Shown here: positions 42,900 to 47,614 of the stretch, in pieces | Layout of the letters: the number at the start of each line of letters is the position of its first letter | Numbering within the stretch: position 1 is the stretch's first letter | Origin: a virus | Taxonomy: Duplodnaviria; Caudoviricetes | DNA: 47,614 bases | Virus record (IMG/VR): IMGVR_UViG_3300049183_000012 | Location: 1-47,614 of that record | Reading direction: 5' to 3' (one strand) | Notes under the pieces: model-generated | Told to the model about the DNA's origin: nothing | Databases searched by the model: none | The model's input: only the letters and a program-made list of their open reading frames with translations | Position numbers and translations under genes: made by a program

Positions 42900-44468
42900 T
42901 TACCGTAGACGGTTTTTCGCGAACGGATCGTAGGGTTTGCGGCTCGCGCTATGTGCACGCTGGCCTGGCGTGCCCTCGGGCTGGGTGACCAGTTCCATCG
43001 CCGGATGCGCGAAGGTCAGGCAGAAGCCGTCGCCGTGGTCGGGGCTCGCGAGCCCGCGCTCTTTCATGTGCTCTTTGCGTTCGAGCACGATCTGCGACGC
43101 GTCGGTGTAGCCGTACTCGCGGCCGGTCAGGTCGCTCGCCAGCACTTCGGCGAACTCGCTGTCGGGTTCGGGCAGGAAGCCTGTGGGTAGCCATGCTTTC
43201 GCGCGGTCCCACATCTCGGCGGCCTTGTCCTTGTACTTGCGCGGGTCGTCAGGCTTGCCGCCGAAGTTCACCTCGATCACCTCGTGCCCGAGCTGGCGCA
43301 GCCGGTCGATCACCCCGCCGCCGATGCCGCCGCCGTCCACGAAGGTGATGACGCGCAGGCCCAAGGCTTTCAGTTCGTTGATGTGCTCGCCGACACGCGC
43401 GGCGAGCTGCATCGTGTCGAGCCCGTTGTAGGACTTCGGCGGGTAGGTGCGGGCGTCGCGCTGCATGCGCGTGTATATCGTCGAGTCGTCACCGCCGAAG
43501 CGCGACACGTCCACGCCGACCAGCGCGACGCGGGTGTACGGGCTGTAGGCGTGCATGTCGCGGTTCATCGCGTCGTCGACGAGATCGCGGCCGATGAACT
43601 GCATGCTGCTGGCCCGCGGGAAGACGCCCCGCACACGAACGCGCACGAAGTCGCTGTCTTCGCCGTAGTCGCTGACCCACTTCGCAATCAGTTCCTTGTT
43701 GGTGATCTTGACCTTGCGGCTGTCGATCTGCCAGGTCTTCCACCGGTGGCGCTGCTTGCCGAAGCACTCGGCGAACGCGCCGGTGTTGCGGGTCGGGTTG
43801 CCGAACACGAAGTGCATCGGCTCGCCGTCGGTCTTGCCGCCCTCGGCCACTTCCCAAATCTTCGACGGGATGGCCGACGCTTCGTCGAACAGATACCACG
43901 GGGTCGATGACGCCGCGTGCAGGCCGGCGAACGACTCGCTGTTCTCTTCGCGCGATGTCTGCGCATCGACGCGCCACGTGTCGGGGTGGTCGTTGTGCAC
44001 CATCCGCATGGCGCCCTTGCCCGTCGTGATGGTGAACCAATGCGCGTTGACCGAGCGCTTGACCCATGCCGACACGCCGGCCCAGGTCTTCGATGCCAAC
44101 TGCTCGGCGGTGTTGGCCGTGATCACGCCCTTGCTGTGCGGGCGCGTGGACATGATGAAGTGGGTCAGCCACGCGGCCATGGCCGACTTGCCGATCCCGT
44201 GGCCCGATGACACCGCGGCCTGAATGGGCGCCACCGCGTGCACGCCGTCGAACCCGCGGGCCTTGATCTCGCCGCCCAGCCAGTCGAGGAATTCGCAGGC
44301 CCAGCGGTCAGGGCCGAACCGACAGCCAAAGCGCTCACGGTAGGGTGACTCGAGCTCGACGATCTGGATGCTCGGGTCGGTGTCCCAGGGATAGCTGTAC
44401 ATGACGAACCCGAGCGGGTCGTCGAAGAAGCCGCCGATGTCGGTGGCGAGTTGCAGTTCGGCGTTCAT
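42900..44468 (-). CDS. terL: Terminase large subunit
   Basis: SGHGIGKS (Walker A), FDEAS (Walker B), GNPTR, GVDVSRFGGD, SPDHGD. Confidence 0.95.
   Translation of the reverse strand: MNAELQLATDIGGFFDDPLGFVMYSYPWDTDPSIQIVELESPYRERFGCRFGPDRWACEFLDWLGGEIKARGFDGVHAVAPIQAAVSSGHGIGKSAMAAWLTHFIMSTRPHSKGVITANTAEQLASKTWAGVSAWVKRSVNAHWFTITTGKGAMRMVHNDHPDTWRVDAQTSREENSESFAGLHAASSTPWYLFDEASAIPSKIWEVAEGGKTDGEPMHFVFGNPTRNTGAFAECFGKQRHRWKTWQIDSRKVKITNKELIAKWVSDYGEDSDFVRVRVRGVFPRASSMQFIGRDLVDDAMNRDMHAYSPYTRVALVGVDVSRFGGDDSTIYTRMQRDARTYPPKSYNGLDTMQLAARVGEHINELKALGLRVITFVDGGGIGGGVIDRLRQLGHEVIEVNFGGKPDDPRKYKDKAAEMWDRAKAWLPTGFLPEPDSEFAEVLASDLTGREYGYTDASQIVLERKEHMKERGLASPDHGDGFCLTFAHPAMELVTQPEGTPGQRAHSASRKPYDPFAKNRLR
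42927..42962 (-). promoter_or_regulatory. Late promoter motif GTGCACAT-N18-TACGAT
   Basis: Third copy, embedded in the terL 3' end. Confidence 0.65.
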
Positions 44469-44944
44469 CAGCAGAGGTCGCTGCCGGGCTCGTCGTCGCT
44501 CACAGCCGCACGCCGGCGGCCCGCGAGCACCGCGCCAGCTAGGTCGACGGCACCGCTGTGCTCGAGCTTCTGTGCGAGGTGGAAGGTCTGCGGGTCGTAG
44601 CGCTCGAGCAGGAACATCAGCAGCTTGTCGCTGCCGTTCACAGCGCGGCGCTCGGCTTCCTTCTTCAGCTTGTCGAGGGTCACGGCCAGCGCGTCGCGCA
44701 GCCGCTGGTCGAACGTCGGGTCTTCCTGGCGCCAGCGAAACAGCGTCACGCGGTTCACACCGATCGCTGCGGCCACCTCGCTCGGCCCCATGCCCGCGGC
44801 CATCATTTCGACCGCCGCAGCCTTGCGCAACTCTTTGCGCTGGCTGGGCATTGGCTGGGCGTCCTCGAATAGGCGGTTCTCGCGCGCTTCCTCGCGCTCA
44901 ATGGCGGTCAGGGCGTCCGATTCGGGCAGGTCGGGGGTATCCAT
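44468..44944 (-). CDS. terS: Terminase small subunit
   Basis: HTH VAAAIGVNRVTLFRWR, EAERRA, SDKLLMFLL; immediately upstream of terL. Confidence 0.85.
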   Translation of the reverse strand: MDTPDLPESDALTAIEREEARENRLFEDAQPMPSQRKELRKAAAVEMMAAGMGPSEVAAAIGVNRVTLFRWRQEDPTFDQRLRDALAVTLDKLKKEAERRAVNGSDKLLMFLLERYDPQTFHLAQKLEHSGAVDLAGAVLAGRRRAAVSDDEPGSDLC

Positions 44945-44954
44945 GGCCCGGCCG

Positions 44955-44986
44955 AATCTACCGGCCGGTCAGCGGGTCATGTGCAC
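44955..44986 (-). promoter_or_regulatory. Late promoter motif GTGCACAT-N18-TAGATT
   Basis: Fourth copy, at the head of the late operon. Confidence 0.65.
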
Positions 44987-45282
44987 TCGATTCGCTTCCA
45001 CTCGACGGCCACGCGTGTCCGTACCTTGCCGTCGTAGATGGCTTTGATCAGCGACTTGCTGACCTCGAACTTGTCGGCGATCCACGCGTAGGACAGTTGC
45101 CGCTCGTTCAGCACGCGGTGGATGTGACCGCGGCTCAGGCCCTGCTTTGCGTACTCGTCGACCAGCATGTCGCGGCACGCGAGCAAGTCCTGTACGAGCT
45201 CGACATCGTGATCGGTCAGCTTGGCTCGGCCATGGCCTTCACCCATGCGCTTGCCGTTTTCGTTGATTGCCACGAGCTTCAT
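44977..45282 (-). CDS. HTH DNA-binding protein (candidate late activator)
   Basis: GEGHGRAKLTD..V and C-terminal LSYAWIADKFEVSKSLIKAI HTH. Confidence 0.7.
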   Translation of the reverse strand: MKLVAINENGKRMGEGHGRAKLTDHDVELVQDLLACRDMLVDEYAKQGLSRGHIHRVLNERQLSYAWIADKFEVSKSLIKAIYDGKVRTRVAVEWKRIECT

Positions 45283-45298
45283 GCGGCACCCCCGAACG

Positions 45299-45494
45299 TG
45301 CAACAAATTGCGGATTGAGAGTCGACCAGTGCCTTTAGATCGAACGCGCTTTTTTCCGCGCATTCAGTGCAACGAACCCCCGTGCAACTGCAACATTGCA
45401 ACACCCCATAGGGTGGTGTTGCGTATGTTGCAGTTCGCTCGGACCACGCAACAGCAACAACAGTGCAACGTTGCACCCATGTTGCAGTGTTGCA
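45299..45494. repeat. TGCAAC/GTTGCA iteron cluster (putative replication origin)
   Basis: At least 10 copies in both orientations in a lower-GC gap downstream of the primase-helicase. Confidence 0.75.
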
Positions 45495-45523
45495 AGCAGA
45501 AATTTGCAGGTTCATAAGCCACC

Positions 45524-47512
45524 TCACACGATCGAAAGGCTGTCGTCTTCAAGGAAGTACGGAGCCGAATCGCCTTCGCACAACTCCATCAGCGCCCGCC
45601 GCACGCGCTGTTTGCGGGTATCACGCTTGCCGTCCTCGGGCTCAGGCAAGCGTTTCGCGGCCTCTTCAATCACGAACTTCAGTTCGATGCCCGAGGTCTG
45701 CGACTCGGCGACCTCGCTCATCACGGCGATCACAGCGCGGCTCACCGGCCCCGCCCGCTTCAGCGCCTCGCCCACCTGACCGGCGGCCGGCAGTTCGGCC
45801 TCGACGACCACGCAGCTCGTTTCGATCTCGCCCTCGTCATCCAGTCCCACAGGCACGATCTTCAAATCGAAGCCCCAGCCGACGCCGTCCTCGCCGTCCT
45901 TCTGCTTCGACGTGCGAATCGCCCGACCGCCGACACCCCTGGTCACTTCTATCTCGGCGTCGGCCGCAGCCTTGAGACCCGACCAGCCACGTGCACCCTT
46001 GCTGGTGTCCTTGCCCGCGTGGTGGACGAGCACCACCACGGCGCCGGTGGCGCGGTGGATGCCCTTGCAGTTCTTCAGCGCCTTGCCCACGTCCTCGCCG
46101 GCGTTCTCGTTGGCGCCGGGCATGGTCTGCGCGAAGGTGTCGACGATGACCACGTCAGCGCCACCCCACGCGACGATCGACTTGCACACGTCGACGGCGT
46201 CGCCGTGCTCCATCAGGTTCGGGGCGGCCGGGATGATGCCCAGCGGCACGCCGGCGTGCGTGGCCTTGTGCTCGATCTCGTAGGCCTTGAGGCGCTTGCT
46301 GAAGCCGCCGCCGCCTTCGGCCACCACGTAGGCCACGCGGCCCTGCTGCACGCGCTTGCCGCGCCACGGCAGGCCCCGGGCGATGGCCTCGGCCAGGTCG
46401 AGCGCGACGAACGACTTGCCGGCCGTCGACTCGCCGAACAACACCACGAGCTCGGCCTGCGGCAGCACGTCGCGCACGATCCACGTCGGCAGTGGCCGGC
46501 TCGCGTACTCGGTCGCGTCGATGACCTTGAACCGATCCGCTTTCGCCTGCTGTGCGGCGATCGTCTCGGGGGTGTCCTCGATCACGTCGAAGTCGTCGGC
46601 CGCCTCGAGCGCCGCGATGTCGATACGGGCGCCGTTGGCGTTCGCCATACGCACCAGCACGTGGGCGGTGGTGGGCCGCTGGCCGCCACGACCGAACGAG
46701 TCCCAGCGGCCGCGCAGCGCGTCGGTGCCCGGGTAAGTGCTGCCGGGTGCTGACCACTGGTCCCACAGGTCGAACCCGTCGCCGCTGGTCTCGTGGTGCA
46801 AGGCCATGCCGACCGACAACCAGTCGGCGTGCGGCATGGACGGGTCGAGCACGTCGAGCGCTTCCTGCAGTTGGGCCTGCGTGAGCCCGAGCGGGGGCGT
46901 GTCGCTCGTGTATTCAGCAGGCTCTGACGCCTCGCGCTGGAAACGCCGGGCGCAGTAGGCAAGCAGTTCACCAGATGCCTCGGCGACGGTGTCCTGCGAG
47001 TCGGTGAGCTTGGTCACGTCGAGCAGCGAGCCCGTCACCGTGACGAAGCCCTTGCTCGCGAACGTCTCGATGCCGAAGGGCTTGCCGTGGGCGTCCTTGC
47101 GGTTGCCCAACTGGCCGAGCACGAAGGCACGCACGCCGCGGCCCGAGGGTGAGAGCTCGGCGTAGGTGCCGGCGACCAGGCGTTCGACCTCGGGGTGCAC
47201 GCGGCCAGCGGTCACGCAGTTGTCGAAGTCGAGGGCGGTGACGCCCCACTCGGGCATAGGCGCGAAGCCGACGCCCCAGCCGCGGGCCATGGCGACCTTG
47301 ACGGCGTCGGCGTAGGTCACGAGGCGGGCACGGTCTTCTGTGGCGCCCTGGCGGCCGCGCCGCTTGCTGCCGTCGGCATAGACGGGCACCTTGCGCTGCT
47401 TCACTTCGCCGGGGATTTGTTCGAAGCGCCAGCAGAGCCAGCCGGGCAGATGACTGATGGCATCGGGCACGCCCATGCGAGAGATCAGGGGGTTCAGTGT
47501 GGGGACGCTCAT
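45524..47512 (-). CDS. Primase-helicase (AEP-like N-terminus, PriCT-2, RepA/AAA_25 helicase)
   Basis: LDFD and ELSPSGRG (primase), WLSVGMAL...WDQWS (PriCT-2), GESTAGKS, VIVDT, HHAGKD, RGWS. Confidence 0.9.
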   Translation of the reverse strand: MSVPTLNPLISRMGVPDAISHLPGWLCWRFEQIPGEVKQRKVPVYADGSKRRGRQGATEDRARLVTYADAVKVAMARGWGVGFAPMPEWGVTALDFDNCVTAGRVHPEVERLVAGTYAELSPSGRGVRAFVLGQLGNRKDAHGKPFGIETFASKGFVTVTGSLLDVTKLTDSQDTVAEASGELLAYCARRFQREASEPAEYTSDTPPLGLTQAQLQEALDVLDPSMPHADWLSVGMALHHETSGDGFDLWDQWSAPGSTYPGTDALRGRWDSFGRGGQRPTTAHVLVRMANANGARIDIAALEAADDFDVIEDTPETIAAQQAKADRFKVIDATEYASRPLPTWIVRDVLPQAELVVLFGESTAGKSFVALDLAEAIARGLPWRGKRVQQGRVAYVVAEGGGGFSKRLKAYEIEHKATHAGVPLGIIPAAPNLMEHGDAVDVCKSIVAWGGADVVIVDTFAQTMPGANENAGEDVGKALKNCKGIHRATGAVVVLVHHAGKDTSKGARGWSGLKAAADAEIEVTRGVGGRAIRTSKQKDGEDGVGWGFDLKIVPVGLDDEGEIETSCVVVEAELPAAGQVGEALKRAGPVSRAVIAVMSEVAESQTSGIELKFVIEEAAKRLPEPEDGKRDTRKQRVRRALMELCEGDSAPYFLEDDSLSIV

Positions 47513-47614
47513 GCCAGTTCGCACCCCAGGGTCGACATGATGGAATCGGCCCACGCCTTCGCGAGGGGGTAAGGCACCGCATCGGCGAGGCCGTGCTGCA
47601 GCGTCACGCATGGG
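47488..47614 (+). repeat. Second copy of the 127-bp end overlap
   Basis: Identical to 1-127. Confidence 0.95.

Larger units (their letters stand above)
1..47487. mobile_element. Complete temperate podovirus genome (BPP-1/BcepC6B/APSE-like virion module), circular form
   Basis: Full set of terminase, portal, capsid, tail tubular, ejection, lysis, replication, repressor and integrase genes. The ends overlap, and the MTase stop/primase start pair (ATGA) is continuous across the junction. Confidence 0.95.

Noticed and set aside
45299-45494. TGCAAC repeats as a CRISPR array
   Set aside because: The units are only 6 bp, irregularly spaced and in both orientations.
45279-45552. Cys-rich short ORFs in the ORF track
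   Set aside because: The cysteines are a by-product of the TGCAAC/GTTGC repeats; the region is treated as non-coding.
47488-47614. Terminal direct repeat as a biological genome end
   Set aside because: It is exactly 127 bp, falls across the MTase/primase coding junction and matches a common assembler k-mer, so it is best read as circular overlap.

Overview
The window is an essentially complete, circularly assembled genome (47,487 bp plus a 127-bp end overlap) of a GC-rich temperate podovirus. Its virion genes look like those of BPP-1/BcepC6B/APSE-type phages, and a betaproteobacterial host is inferred but not proven. Layout: a leftward arm (cro-like gene, PAPS-reductase-like gene, C5 methyltransferase, continuing across the junction into a primase-helicase); a cI/cro switch; a rightward replication arm (DUF2800 nuclease, DUF2815 SSB, family B DNA polymerase, VRR-NUC, SNF2 helicase, an ECF-sigma-like gene, several HNH nucleases); xis/int, attP and a tRNA-Val(CAC); and a long leftward late region (terminase, portal, capsid, tail, ejection proteins, two receptor-binding proteins, GH108 endolysin). 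Most notable: (1) the attP core is only a tRNA-Val(CAC) anticodon arm, and a complete tRNA-Val(CAC) with a recoded anticodon stem follows it, suggesting the phage destroys and replaces the host tRNA; (2) a late promoter motif GTGCACAT-N18-YANN(A/T)T occurs four times, with two candidate phage-encoded regulators; (3) a 14-bp operator palindrome recurs over early promoters; (4) a polyvalent ejection protein carries LxQ-bounded GNAT-like and ADP-ribosyltransferase cassettes; (5) a signal-peptide beta-helix protein sits inside the structural operon; (6) two structured non-coding leaders. All family assignments come from recognising motifs by eye, not from database searches.
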